Positions 1-10,103 of a stretch of 64,000 bases of DNA are shown piece by piece. Positions within the stretch are counted from its first letter, which is position 1. Each line of letters opens with the position of its first letter. Source of the stretch: an uncultured Gammaproteobacteria bacterium (GTDB lineage Bacteria > Patescibacteriota > Microgenomatia > JAMCZE01); assembly GCA_964609775.1 (NCBI GenBank), contig CAZSSJ010000002.1:19260-83259 (forward strand), given 5' to 3'. Made by a program: the position numbers and the translations under genes. The notes below the pieces were generated by a model. That model had not been told where the DNA came from. It did no database searches and saw nothing but the letters and a program-made list of their open reading frames with translations.

Positions 1-2
1 GG

Positions 3-398
3 GACGTTATCGAACATTTTACCGACCCGGTTTCGGAAATTACAAAAGTTTATCGCACCCTAAAAAAGGGCGGAGTTTTCGCTTTTTCCACCGTCGACCC
101 TGAGAGTCTAACGGCTAAAATTAGGGGGAGTAAGTGGCCCTGGTATATGGAAATGCACCGAGTCTTATTAAGCCGGCCGGTCATTGAACGCTATCTTCGA
201 CAGTCGGGATTTAAAACAGTCTTTTTTAGGTCACATTGGCGTTTTTTTTCGTTAGGTTATGCTGCCACCAGGTGGGAAACTATCAGTCCCACACTTGCTC
301 GAATTTTGACCAGCGCAGTTAAGATTATGCACCTACAGAAAGTCTTAGTGCCGTTTTATGCTAACGATCTCTACGACTGCTATGCGTTTAAGTAGCCA
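3..398 (+). CDS. class I SAM-dependent methyltransferase, C-terminal fragment (5' end lies outside the window)
   Basis: Frame-3 translation from nt 3 gives DVIEHFTDPVSEITKVYRTLKKGGVFAFSTVDPESL...; this is the post-motif-II/III region typical of Methyltransf_11/23 enzymes; the open frame runs to the window edge. Confidence 0.5.
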
Positions 399-1947
399 CC
401 AGCCAAAGCCACTGTCTCTAATTATCCTGGTAACCGTTCTCCTTGCGGCCTTCTTCCTTCGCACCTGGCCGACTCTGAGTGACACCACCCATTTTTCCTT
501 TGATCAGGGCCTGGACATGATCATGGCCAAACTGTTGATCGTCGATCACCAGATCAACTTAATCAGTCGCCACAGTGGACTTCAGGGCGTCTTGATGGGC
601 CCCCTCTGGACTTATTTTCTGGCCACCCCTTTTGCCCTTTCAGGTGGTCACCCCTCCGGCAACGTCATCTTCCTGTCTGTTTTTAATCTGGTCACCTCTG
701 TTCTGGCAACTGTGCTGGTCGGCCGGAAATTCGGCTTGACTGCCGGAGTTGTTACCGGACTTTTTTTTCTGTTCTCACCCTCCTTCATCACCGGTTCTCA
801 AGTAGTCCTTAGTCCTTATCCTCTAATACCCTTATTTATTTTTTTCCCCCTACTTGCCCACGAAACCCTAGTTAACAAAAGCAGTCGTTTCGCCTGGCTT
901 CTCATGCTGCTCTTGGGACTATACTTTCAATTCGAAGTCGGCTTTGCCATTTTTGCCCTTCTCGCTTTTGTTGTCCTTTTTGTTTTTTTCCACTCGTGGT
1001 GGCTTTTTAAAAAGCGGTCATTCTGGGCAGGCTGTGGGCTTTTTGTCTTGACATTTTTGCCCCAGATCCTTTTTGACCTTCGCCACCAATTTCTGATAAC
1101 CAGCGGTTTGTTAGCCTACTTTACTGGCAGTAATACTAGTCTTTACCAGAAGTCAGCTCCACTCATCATTCGCCTCGCTCAGCGATTATATTCATTCTAT
1201 GAAGACGCGACCGCAATGGCATTTTTTGGCCATTGGTCGGTGAATATTGCTCTTCTTCTTCTGGTGGTTTCCGGCTGGATAGTCGCTCTAAAGCATGACG
1301 CAAAAACCCATCGGAAATTTTTGCAAATGATCCTTTTGACATTGGCGTCTTTTTTTATCGGTTTTACCCTTTATCCTGGTCCGATTTGGGGTTGGTATCG
1401 AATTGGCCTACCGGCAATCTACATCTTTCTTGTTTCCATACCAACTGGCGTCCTTTGGCAGAGAATGTATCGTCTTCGGCCGTTAATTCTGATCGTTCTA
1501 ATCGCACTATTTTTGACTGGCGTCAAACCCTGGACTCTCTGGCACCTATATAAAAATCCAGGTGTTGGCGGAGTGGGGACACTCAATAATCAAAAAAAAG
1601 TCATCGACTACGTTTATTCTCAGGCAGAGGGAAAGCCGTTCAACTATCTCGTCTATACCCCGCCGGTCTATGACTACATCTGGCAATATGACTTTTGGTG
1701 GTACGGAAGACAAAAATATGGCTATCTTCCGACAAATTGGCAAATGAGTGTGCCCCTATTGGGAATCGGGGAACAATCCAAACCTCCTGCCACCAAAGAA
1801 CCTTTCTTTCTCATTATTGAGCCAAATACCGACCACCCCGACGAATCCGTCAATTGGAAGAAGACTTTAAAACTAGAGCCAGCAGATTCAAAAGCTACTC
1901 TTCCCGGAGGAATTATCGTCGAAAGTCGGCAAGGCGACAATTTATGA
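358..1947 (+). CDS. polytopic membrane protein, GT39/PMT_2-like putative glycosyltransferase (start could be 382)
   Basis: At least 10 hydrophobic helices are followed by a soluble C-terminal domain (…YVYSQAEGKPFNYLVYTPPVYDYIWQYDFWWYGRQKYGY) that resembles the C-terminal domains of the GT39-like paralogues downstream. Confidence 0.4.
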   Translation: MLTISTTAMRLSSHQPKPLSLIILVTVLLAAFFLRTWPTLSDTTHFSFDQGLDMIMAKLLIVDHQINLISRHSGLQGVLMGPLWTYFLATPFALSGGHPSGNVIFLSVFNLVTSVLATVLVGRKFGLTAGVVTGLFFLFSPSFITGSQVVLSPYPLIPLFIFFPLLAHETLVNKSSRFAWLLMLLLGLYFQFEVGFAIFALLAFVVLFVFFHSWWLFKKRSFWAGCGLFVLTFLPQILFDLRHQFLITSGLLAYFTGSNTSLYQKSAPLIIRLAQRLYSFYEDATAMAFFGHWSVNIALLLLVVSGWIVALKHDAKTHRKFLQMILLTLASFFIGFTLYPGPIWGWYRIGLPAIYIFLVSIPTGVLWQRMYRLRPLILIVLIALFLTGVKPWTLWHLYKNPGVGGVGTLNNQKKVIDYVYSQAEGKPFNYLVYTPPVYDYIWQYDFWWYGRQKYGYLPTNWQMSVPLLGIGEQSKPPATKEPFFLIIEPNTDHPDESVNWKKTLKLEPADSKATLPGGIIVESRQGDNL

Positions 1948-4010
1948 TCGGTGACTTCCTGCCACTGCAAACAAATCTTTTACCCTATTGGTTTTTTCCC
2001 TGGAACACTAATTCCTGGTCAGGCTTTACTCCCTTTATTTTCCACAAGGAACTATTAGCTATCGACGCTCTGCGCCAGATTTTTGTCTGGAAAGAATTTG
2101 CTTTTTCCCAAATCAGACTAGGTGGGTGGCCGCTCTGGAATCCCTACAGTTTTTCCGGTCAGCCGCTTTTGGCCAATTTCCAATCCTCGGTTTTCTATCC
2201 GTTGTCTTGGTTTTTTATGTTTCTGCCGCCCATGATTGCCTGGGCGGCTTATGTTTTTAGTCAGCCGCTCCTTTTAGTCACTTTTATGTTCTTCTGGATG
2301 CGACCAAAAGTGGGTGCCGTTGCCGCCCTTTTTGCCGCCCTCGCCCTTGCAACGGCCAGTTTTTTTGCCACCCGCTATTTCTGGGGAGTCTACGTTCATT
2401 CGCTGTTATGGATTCCTCTGGGGTTAGGCCTGATTGACCGCTACAAAGAAGCCAAAATCAAAACATCATCTTTCGTCGCCTCTTTTTCCCTGGTTTGTGT
2501 CTTAACGGTTCTGGGTGGTTATCCTCAGTTTGGCTTGTACGCCATTGCCCTTTTGGGAGCGTACTATTTGTATATTTTTGGCAAAAAGCGCCTGCTCCTC
2601 TTTCTCCTTTCCCTGATTTTGGCCTTGTTAATTTCCGCCGTCCAGTTAATCCCAACAGCCGAACTATACCGCTATTCGCTTCGTGAGGGAACTGCCTCAG
2701 CCCGGACCTTTAGCGATTCCCTCTTGTCTCCGAAATACCTTGCTACCATAGTTTACCCCGACATGTTTGGCAGTCCGGCAGTTAATGACTACACTGGAGG
2801 CAAAGACTACTCTGGTGTCAACGGCTATTTTGGCGTCGTCCCCTTTCTTCTGGCTTCGGGTGCTGCTATTTTCTTACGAAGGGACAGACAAGTTAGGTTT
2901 TGGATCGCCGTTGGAGCATTGGGGCTACTTCTTGCCTACGACAATCCTTTTGCTCGGCTACCTCAGGTGTTGCCCTTGCCCATCATAAGCAGCGGGAATG
3001 CGTGGCACAACCTTTTCTTTTTTCAGTTTGCCGGTGTCGTATTAGCCACAATTCTACTTACCAGGTTACCAAAGAGAGCCATTCTCATCTGTCTCCTGTT
3101 GACAACCTTCTTAGGCTTCTATTATTCACTGAAAGTGTCACCCTTCGGACAGACCAAATATTTTTATCCTCCCCACCCTCTTCTTTCTTGGCTAAGGCAA
3201 AATGCTGGCCTAGATCGGTTTTATGGTTATCGCAGTTCCCACTTTCTTTCTAATCTTTCCACCTACTATCGCATCTATAGTCCCGAGGGCTATGACAGTC
3301 TTTGGCCGTCTTGGTACGGAGAGTTACTTTCCTCCGCTGACAGAGGTAAAGTTCCTCCGGAAGTAAATCGGGCGGATGTCTCCGTGACTGATTGGGACAC
3401 TTCCTACCGGCGTAAATTGCTAAATCTTCTGGGGGTCAAATATTTTTTAGACAAATCTGATAAACCCGGCGGCGACCAAGGTCCAAACCTGGCCAAGTAC
3501 CCGGCCGGGCAATTTGTCTTAAGGAAACAATGGGGAGAAGTGTCCATCTATGAAAACAAAGAGGCCTTGCCGAGAGCTTTTTTGGCAGACGGCGTCATCT
3601 CTGCCCCAAAATCGGAAGTCATCGAGAAAATCTATTCTTTGCCCTCGCTTCGGACCATCATCTTGGATTCACCACCCGGCCTGGGGTCAAAAAAACTGAC
3701 CACCGGATCAGCGAGTATTAAAAAATATCTTCCCAATGAGGTAATCGTGACCACCAATTCCCCTGGTAATTCCCTCCTCTTTTTATCCGATACCTACTTC
3801 CCCGGTTGGGATGCTTTCGTAGACGGCCACAAAGCAAAAATCCTTCGGGCTGACTATGCCTTTCGGGCAGTCCCTGTTCCTCCCGGAAAAAATGAAGTAA
3901 GATTCATATATCAACCAAAATCATTTTTTCTTGGGATTTCTATGAGTTTATTAGGGAGCGCGATCTGGCTATGGCTGTTGTTAAAAAATTTTTTCAAGAA
4001 AACTGGCTAG
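1945..4010 (+). CDS. YfhO-family membrane glycosyltransferase (GT-C), paralogue 1
   Basis: Contains FFPWNTNSW…WPLWNPYSFSGQPLLANFQSSVFYP and the C-terminal …LFLSDTYFPGWDAFVDGHKAKILRADYAFRAVPVPPGKNEVRFIYQP; these are signature YfhO (PF09586) blocks. Confidence 0.75.
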
Positions 4011-6325
4011 TCATCTTTGCTCTGGGTGTCTCCAATCTTGTTTCTTTTTGGCAATTCTACCTTAAGGGTTTGTTACCCTTTCCCGGGGACCTTCTAGTTT
4101 CCTTTTTCTTTCCTTGGAACTCTGGAGGGTTTGTGGGCTTTGATTCCTGGACCACCCACAAGGAATACATCGCCTCCGACGCTCTCCGTGCCCTTTTCCC
4201 CTGGAAGGTCGAAGTCATCCGTCAATTCTTAAGCGGCAATTTTCCTTTGTGGAACCCCTTCAACTTTGCTGGTACACCGCTTCTGGCTGATTTCCAGTCC
4301 GGAGCCTTTTTTCCCACTAATCTTCTTTACGCCTTTCTGCCTCCTCTCACCGTCTGGATTCTCCAAGTGCTAGTTCTCTTGAGTCTGTTTGCCTTTTTTT
4401 CCTATCTGTTCCTGCGTGCCCTCAAACTCTCACCACTTGCCAGTGCTTTTGGAGCTGTTGTTTTGTCGAATTTACCCTATTTGGTCAACTGGCACGAGAT
4501 CCTCGTCGTGACGCAAAGTGCCCTCTTCTTGCCTCTGGATTTGTACCTACTTGAGAAATTTGCTCAAACAAAAAAAACTATTTATCTTTTTTTTCTGCCC
4601 CTTTTTTTGGCCTTCGCAATTTTTGCTGGCCATCCCCAGACAATCATTATGGTCTTCTTTCTCATCGGAAGTTATGCTCTTTTCCGCCGCTTGTCTTTGG
4701 GCAGAATTTTCCTAATTTTCGTAATCTCACTTCTTTTGGGTGCTGTCCAGTTGTTGCCGTCCTGGCAGTTTTATGAATTCTCGGCCCGGGAAGCAGGAGA
4801 CACGGCTAAACTTTTCCTTGACCACCTCTTCCCGTGGCGAAACGTAATAACCGCCCTAGCTCCGGATTTCTTTGGCAATCCGGTGACCGGAAACTTTTGG
4901 GGGTGGGATTATCACAACTCTCTTGCTTATATTGGTGTGACCGCTTTGTTCCTGGCCCTGTTTTCGTTCTTTTGGCAGTCCAGGAGAAGAGAGGTTGGCT
5001 TTTTTGCCCTGCTGGCACTTATTGGCTTGTTGCTGGCCACCTCTCCACTGGCCAACATTTTTCTCTTCTTTAAAATCCCGATTCTCTCCACCGGCATTGC
5101 CGCCAGGAATATTTTTTTCTGGCAGTTTTCTTTGGGAGTTCTCTCCGCTTTTGGTTTGGACTATCTCCTAAATAAGGTCCGACAAAGCAGGTCTCGGTGG
5201 CATTTTGCCCCCCTAATATTTCTTCTAGTTTTATATCTACTGCTTTGGGTTGTTGTCCTCACAAGCTCTTCCCCGGAGTTTCTTATAAGTCGCCATAATC
5301 TGATTCTCCCCACGGCCATCTTTATCCTGACAGCCATCCTGATTCTCGGCGTCATTGTCCAGCCAAAAATAGGAAAATATCTTCTCTTTGTGCTTTTAGC
5401 ATTGGCAATCTTTGAACAGGGGCGCTATTTTAATAAAATCGAACCCTTCGCTAGCCCCGCCTTTGTCTTTCCCGACCACCCGGTCCTGACTTTTTTGCAG
5501 GAAAATGCCGGAACCAACCGCTTTATCGGAGCAGGGACAGCCAAAATTGATAGCAACTTTGCCACCTACTACCGCATTTTTGACCCCCAGGGCTATGACC
5601 CACTCTATCTTCTTCGCTATGGCCAGCTGCTCGCGGCCTCAAAAAATGGCGGTAAAAAAGCGCCTGTCATCTCCCGGGCTGATGCGATGATCGCCAATTT
5701 GGACCGAAATGATGGCTTTAAAGACCGCTTACTCGATATTTTGGGAGTCAAATACGTCCTCGATAATGAAAATATGTCTGTCGCCAGAGACTGGGAACCG
5801 GGGACTCTTGAGACTGCAAACAACCGCCATCTGCTTGTTTGGCAGCAAGAGAACAAGTGGAAAATTTACGAGCGACAAACCGCCCTCCCCCGAACCTTTT
5901 TGGCCGGAAGCTATGAAGTTGCCTCCTCTGATGAGGCAATTTTGGCACGTCTCTTTGATCCAGACTTTGCTGCTCAAGACAAAATTATCTTGGAAAAAGA
6001 TCCCGGTTTTCCAATCACCAATCAAGGCTCTGCCGAGGCAGTAATCACTCATTATTCTCCCAATACCGTCACGATTCAGACCCGTTCCGACCACCCTCGG
6101 CTGCTTTTTCTTTCGGATAATTACTATCACGGTTGGCTAGCAACCCTTGACGGCCAAAAGGCGGAGATTTTTCGGGCTAACTACACTTTTCGCGCCGTTG
6201 CCGCCCCTTCCGGATCGCACGTGGTGGAATTTAGATATAGTCCGGAGTCATTTCGCCTTGGACTAGTTGTCAGCGTTCTGGGTTTGCTGCTATGGCTAAA
6301 ATTTTTGCGACCAACAAGAAGCTAA
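3971..6325 (+). CDS. YfhO-family membrane glycosyltransferase, paralogue 2
   Basis: FPGDLLVSFFFPWNSGGF…FPLWNPFNFAGTPLLADFQSGAFFP; C-terminus …YYHGWLATLDGQKAEIFRANYTFRAV. Confidence 0.75.
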   Translation: MAVVKKFFQENWLVIFALGVSNLVSFWQFYLKGLLPFPGDLLVSFFFPWNSGGFVGFDSWTTHKEYIASDALRALFPWKVEVIRQFLSGNFPLWNPFNFAGTPLLADFQSGAFFPTNLLYAFLPPLTVWILQVLVLLSLFAFFSYLFLRALKLSPLASAFGAVVLSNLPYLVNWHEILVVTQSALFLPLDLYLLEKFAQTKKTIYLFFLPLFLAFAIFAGHPQTIIMVFFLIGSYALFRRLSLGRIFLIFVISLLLGAVQLLPSWQFYEFSAREAGDTAKLFLDHLFPWRNVITALAPDFFGNPVTGNFWGWDYHNSLAYIGVTALFLALFSFFWQSRRREVGFFALLALIGLLLATSPLANIFLFFKIPILSTGIAARNIFFWQFSLGVLSAFGLDYLLNKVRQSRSRWHFAPLIFLLVLYLLLWVVVLTSSSPEFLISRHNLILPTAIFILTAILILGVIVQPKIGKYLLFVLLALAIFEQGRYFNKIEPFASPAFVFPDHPVLTFLQENAGTNRFIGAGTAKIDSNFATYYRIFDPQGYDPLYLLRYGQLLAASKNGGKKAPVISRADAMIANLDRNDGFKDRLLDILGVKYVLDNENMSVARDWEPGTLETANNRHLLVWQQENKWKIYERQTALPRTFLAGSYEVASSDEAILARLFDPDFAAQDKIILEKDPGFPITNQGSAEAVITHYSPNTVTIQTRSDHPRLLFLSDNYYHGWLATLDGQKAEIFRANYTFRAVAAPSGSHVVEFRYSPESFRLGLVVSVLGLLLWLKFLRPTRS

Positions 6326-8616
6326 TTCTGGTTTTCCTGTGCCTGTTAGCGGCCAATGTTGCAATTTTCTGGCAGTTCTATTTTCGTGGACTTTTGCCCT
6401 TTCCCGGCGATCTACTGGTGTCATTTTTCTTTCCCTGGAACTCTGGCGGCTTTGCCAATTTTGATCAGTGGACCACTCACAAAGAAGTCATCGCCGCCGA
6501 TGTCATTCGGCAAATGTATCCTTGGAAAGCCCTCCTAGTCAACGCCGTAAAGAACGGCACCTGGCCTCTGTGGAACCCCTACAATTTTTCTGGAACTCCG
6601 CTTCTGGCTAATCTTCAGTCATCCGTTTTCTTTCCGGCCAATGTTGTTTTTCTCTTTTTGCCCCGGCTTGTTTCCTGGATCAGTCTCGTCATTTTTCTCC
6701 CCCTCATTTTTTCCATTTTTTGCTATCTCTTTTTACGCTCTTTAAACATTAGCCGGCTCGCCAGTCTCCTCGGAGCAATCATCCTGTCAAATATTTCTTA
6801 TTTGCTCGTCTGGTCAGAGCAATTGGTCTTTATTCAAAGTGTTCTTTTCCTGCCACTCTCCCTGTTGCTAATTAATTATTATTCAGTTTCAAAAAAACCA
6901 CTTCTTCTCCTCCTTTTGCCCCTAACCTTATCTTTTGCCGTTTTTGGCGGTCACATCCAAACAGTTGTCTATGTTTGTGTTGTGGTAACTTTATATGCCC
7001 TTTTCCGCCGCCTGCCAATCAAATACCTTTTTATCATCGCTCTTTCGACCATAGGCCTGTCATCACTACAACTTCTTCCTTCTCTCGAACTGTATCTCTA
7101 TTCAGCTCGCGAGGGAAATGCCTCTGCCCAGTTGTTTCTTGAATCTGTCCTTCCGATCCAAAATCTCGCCACCATTCTTGCTCCGGATTTCTTCGGCAAC
7201 CCCGCCACCGGCAATTTTTTCGGCTCTGACTATGGCAATAATCAGGTCTATTTCGGAGTATTGGCAGCATTTTTTTCCGTCGTTGGACTTTATTACGGAC
7301 TGAAGGGAAAAAAGAGTTTGACGCTTTTTTTTGCTCTCGTTGGCCTAGGAGGTCTGGTGTTTTCTCTAGATCCTTTTGCTCGCTTGTTTCTTGTTTTTAA
7401 AATCCCGGTTCTTTCTTCAGCGGTCGCTGCCCGAGGAATTTTCATTTTTCAATTTTGTTTTGCCGTCGTGGCCGCTTTGGGAATTGATCAATTTCTGGCA
7501 AACACAAGGAAACGAGCAATAATTACTATTTTTTTCCTCTTTCTCGGCTTCTACCTGCTCCTATATTTTTCCACCAAGTTAATTCCCAATCACGCCACTA
7601 TTGCTCAAAAGAACCTAGTTCTGCCCTTGCTGGTCCTACTTTCCACTGGTGTGACCGCCTTTCTCTCCCGTTTTCGAAGGCAAGCAGCCGTTGTTCTCAT
7701 TCTAATTGCCACTTTGGAATATGCTTATTTTTTCAACAAATTTGCCCCCTTCGCCAGGAGAGAGTTTGTCTTTCCTGGGCATCCGGTTTTCAATTTTTTG
7801 ACGACGCGGGCGGAAGTTGACCGGTTTTACGGCTTCGGGACAGCCTATGTTGACAATAATTTTGCCTCCTACTACCGCGTCTTTTCCGCCGAGGGCTATG
7901 ACTCGCTATATATCAAGCGCTATGGTGAACTTCTCGCCTCCACCAAAAACGGCCAACTTCCCCCAGATGTTCCCCGTTCTGACGCCCTCTTTACAAGTCA
8001 AGACAACGTCTTCCGTAACCGGCTCTTTGATCTTTTAGGCGTCAAGTATATCCTTGATAAAAATGATAATCCCCAGTCAAATTGGGAACCGGAGAATGAC
8101 AAATTCCCCGAGGAGCGCTATAAGCTTGTCTGGCAGAAACTGAAATGGAAAGCCTATGAGAGAAAAACCGCCTTGCCTCGGGTATTTCTCGCCGATTCAT
8201 TCCTCGTTACCAATTCCGACCAGCTGATATTGTCAAAAATGTTTGACCCCCGATTCGATCTGGCAGCCACCGTGATCCTTGAAAAGAACCCCCCTTGGGA
8301 ACTTGCTCCGGGAGGGAAAAGTGAGGCAAAAATGAGCAACTACCGGGAAAACATGGTTGTCATTGAGACACAAGCTGACAAACCCAAAGCACTTTTCTTA
8401 TCAGATACCTACTACCCCGGTTGGAAAGCTACTCTTGATGGAAAACCAATAGATATCTATCGAGCCGATTATATTTTTAGATCCGTCATGGTTCCGTCTG
8501 GAAAACATACTGTCATTTTTAACTACGATCCTGAAACTTTTAAATTTGGGCTTGCCCTTTCAGGATTATCAGCCGCTCTTCTCTTGATAACCATCTTGCG
8601 AAAATCGCATCCATGA
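6292..8616 (+). CDS. YfhO-family membrane glycosyltransferase, paralogue 3
   Basis: The N-terminus (FWQFYFRGLLPFPGDLLVSFFFPWNSGGF) is almost identical at the protein level to paralogue 2 but diverged in DNA; WPLWNPYNFSGTPLLANLQSSVFFP; C-terminus …YYPGWKATLDGKPIDIYRADYIFRSV. Confidence 0.75.
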   Translation: MAKIFATNKKLILVFLCLLAANVAIFWQFYFRGLLPFPGDLLVSFFFPWNSGGFANFDQWTTHKEVIAADVIRQMYPWKALLVNAVKNGTWPLWNPYNFSGTPLLANLQSSVFFPANVVFLFLPRLVSWISLVIFLPLIFSIFCYLFLRSLNISRLASLLGAIILSNISYLLVWSEQLVFIQSVLFLPLSLLLINYYSVSKKPLLLLLLPLTLSFAVFGGHIQTVVYVCVVVTLYALFRRLPIKYLFIIALSTIGLSSLQLLPSLELYLYSAREGNASAQLFLESVLPIQNLATILAPDFFGNPATGNFFGSDYGNNQVYFGVLAAFFSVVGLYYGLKGKKSLTLFFALVGLGGLVFSLDPFARLFLVFKIPVLSSAVAARGIFIFQFCFAVVAALGIDQFLANTRKRAIITIFFLFLGFYLLLYFSTKLIPNHATIAQKNLVLPLLVLLSTGVTAFLSRFRRQAAVVLILIATLEYAYFFNKFAPFARREFVFPGHPVFNFLTTRAEVDRFYGFGTAYVDNNFASYYRVFSAEGYDSLYIKRYGELLASTKNGQLPPDVPRSDALFTSQDNVFRNRLFDLLGVKYILDKNDNPQSNWEPENDKFPEERYKLVWQKLKWKAYERKTALPRVFLADSFLVTNSDQLILSKMFDPRFDLAATVILEKNPPWELAPGGKSEAKMSNYRENMVVIETQADKPKALFLSDTYYPGWKATLDGKPIDIYRADYIFRSVMVPSGKHTVIFNYDPETFKFGLALSGLSAALLLITILRKSHP

Positions 8617-10103
8617 CCAAAAATACTTTCTTTTTTCTCATTATCCTCCTCCTCCTGCTCATCCCCATTGTCGTCCCTCTTGTCCAGCCCGGTTTCTTTG
8701 TCTCTGATGATGGCGACTGGATGGTTATCAGGCTATCCGCTTTCCACGAAACCCTCAAAACCGGCCAGTTCCCGGTTCGCTTTTTAGAAAGGCTCAATCA
8801 TGGCTACGGCTACCCGGTGACTGACTTTCTTTATCCTCTACCTTTCTATTTGGGAGAAATAATCCATCTCCTGGGCTTCAATTTTGTCGATTCAGTAAAA
8901 ATTCTTTTTGGCATGAGTTTTCTTCTCGGGGCTTTTTCCATGTTTTTCTACGCCAAAGATAAGTGGGGGAATCAGATAGGAATTATTGCTGCCGTTTTTT
9001 ACACTTATTTTCCCTACCGAATTTTTGACGTCTACAAACGTGGCTCGCTGGGAGAATCAGTCGCTTTTGTCTTTATCCCTCTGGTCTTTCTTTTTTATGA
9101 CCGCTTAGTCACCACCAAAAATCTAATATATCTTTCGTTTGGCGCTCTAGCCACAGCAGCCATGATAACCTCTCACAATACCGTTGCTTTTCTTACGTTA
9201 CTTGTCCTCATCGCATATATAACTACTAATCTTTTCTCAAAGACCGAAAAAAAATGGCTAATACTGTCCTCTATGTCTTATCTTGGTCTCTCTTTGACTC
9301 TTTCCGCCTTTTTTGTTATTCCGGCCCTTGTTGACCTCCAGTTCACTAAGACAAGGTTAATCACAATTTCTGATCCAACACGGTTCTTTCTTTCGTTAGA
9401 CAATCTTTTAAGTCTAGCCGGCATCCCAATAATGTTGATCACCGGTGCAGCCATACACCTAATTCGTAAGGGATCACGCGGGGTGGTATTTTGGACAGCT
9501 ATATCAATAGTCTCAATCCTGATGGCCATGTCCGTTTCTGATGTCCTTTGGGCAAATCTATCGTCACTTTCTAAACTAGTCCAATTTCCTTGGCGCTTTC
9601 TTTCGATTACGGCTCTAGCCGGAGCAATCTTAACCGGATTTTTGTTAAGCCACTACAGAATCAAGATATTATTCCCCCTCCTCATAATCTTGCCTGTCAT
9701 TTTCTCAGGAATATTGACACTAAAAATAGACAGAACTTTTCACCCAGAAAGCTATTACACTACCAACGACGACAGCACTACTGTCAAGAACGAATATATG
9801 CCCATTTGGGTAAAAAAAGACCCCACCAACCTTCCTAAGGAAAAAATTGCCTGGATAGACTCAAATCTTGTTCGAGTCAACACTGTATACTTCCCCGGTT
9901 GGGCAGCCTATGTCAATGGGCAAGAAAGGGAAATAATCTACCAGGACGATGGCCTAATCAAATTCGCTGCCCGACCAGACGACAAAATTGAACTTCGCTT
10001 TGAAGAAACTCCACTGCGGGCGGAAGCTAACCTTGTCACCATTTTGGGAATCTTCCTGGCCTTGGCTTTAATACTTTTGCCCCCCAAAAGTCAAATCACA
10101 TGA
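8613..10103 (+). CDS. YfhO-related integral membrane protein of the COG5617 / '6-pyruvoyl-tetrahydropterin-synthase-related' type, putative GT-C
   Basis: DDGDWMVIRLSAFHETLKTGQFPVRFLERLNHGYGYPVTDFLYPLPFYLGEIIHLLG; C-terminal motif NTVYFPGWAAYVNGQ; many TM helices. Confidence 0.5.
   Translation: MTKNTFFFLIILLLLLIPIVVPLVQPGFFVSDDGDWMVIRLSAFHETLKTGQFPVRFLERLNHGYGYPVTDFLYPLPFYLGEIIHLLGFNFVDSVKILFGMSFLLGAFSMFFYAKDKWGNQIGIIAAVFYTYFPYRIFDVYKRGSLGESVAFVFIPLVFLFYDRLVTTKNLIYLSFGALATAAMITSHNTVAFLTLLVLIAYITTNLFSKTEKKWLILSSMSYLGLSLTLSAFFVIPALVDLQFTKTRLITISDPTRFFLSLDNLLSLAGIPIMLITGAAIHLIRKGSRGVVFWTAISIVSILMAMSVSDVLWANLSSLSKLVQFPWRFLSITALAGAILTGFLLSHYRIKILFPLLIILPVIFSGILTLKIDRTFHPESYYTTNDDSTTVKNEYMPIWVKKDPTNLPKEKIAWIDSNLVRVNTVYFPGWAAYVNGQEREIIYQDDGLIKFAARPDDKIELRFEETPLRAEANLVTILGIFLALALILLPPKSQIT

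Noticed and set aside
1546-1970. Antisense or alternative-frame ORFs from the track, for example 1546..1743 -, 1722..1970 -, 2458..2655 -, 5729..6130 -, 23702..24043 -, 27655..27987 -, 40612..41136 - and 44711..45199 -
   Set aside because: All are fully embedded in longer sense-strand genes that carry clear family signatures. They have low-complexity or biased composition and fit no operon structure, so they are treated as spurious.
4561-4610. Homopolymeric A8/T8/T7 tracts inside YfhO paralogue 2, and similar A8 tracts elsewhere (1581, 36985, 46691, 53655), as phase-variation sites
   Set aside because: A/T runs of 7-8 are expected by chance in AT-rich coding DNA and are far less slippage-prone than G/C tracts. 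I report only the multi-unit 7- and 8-mer repeats.
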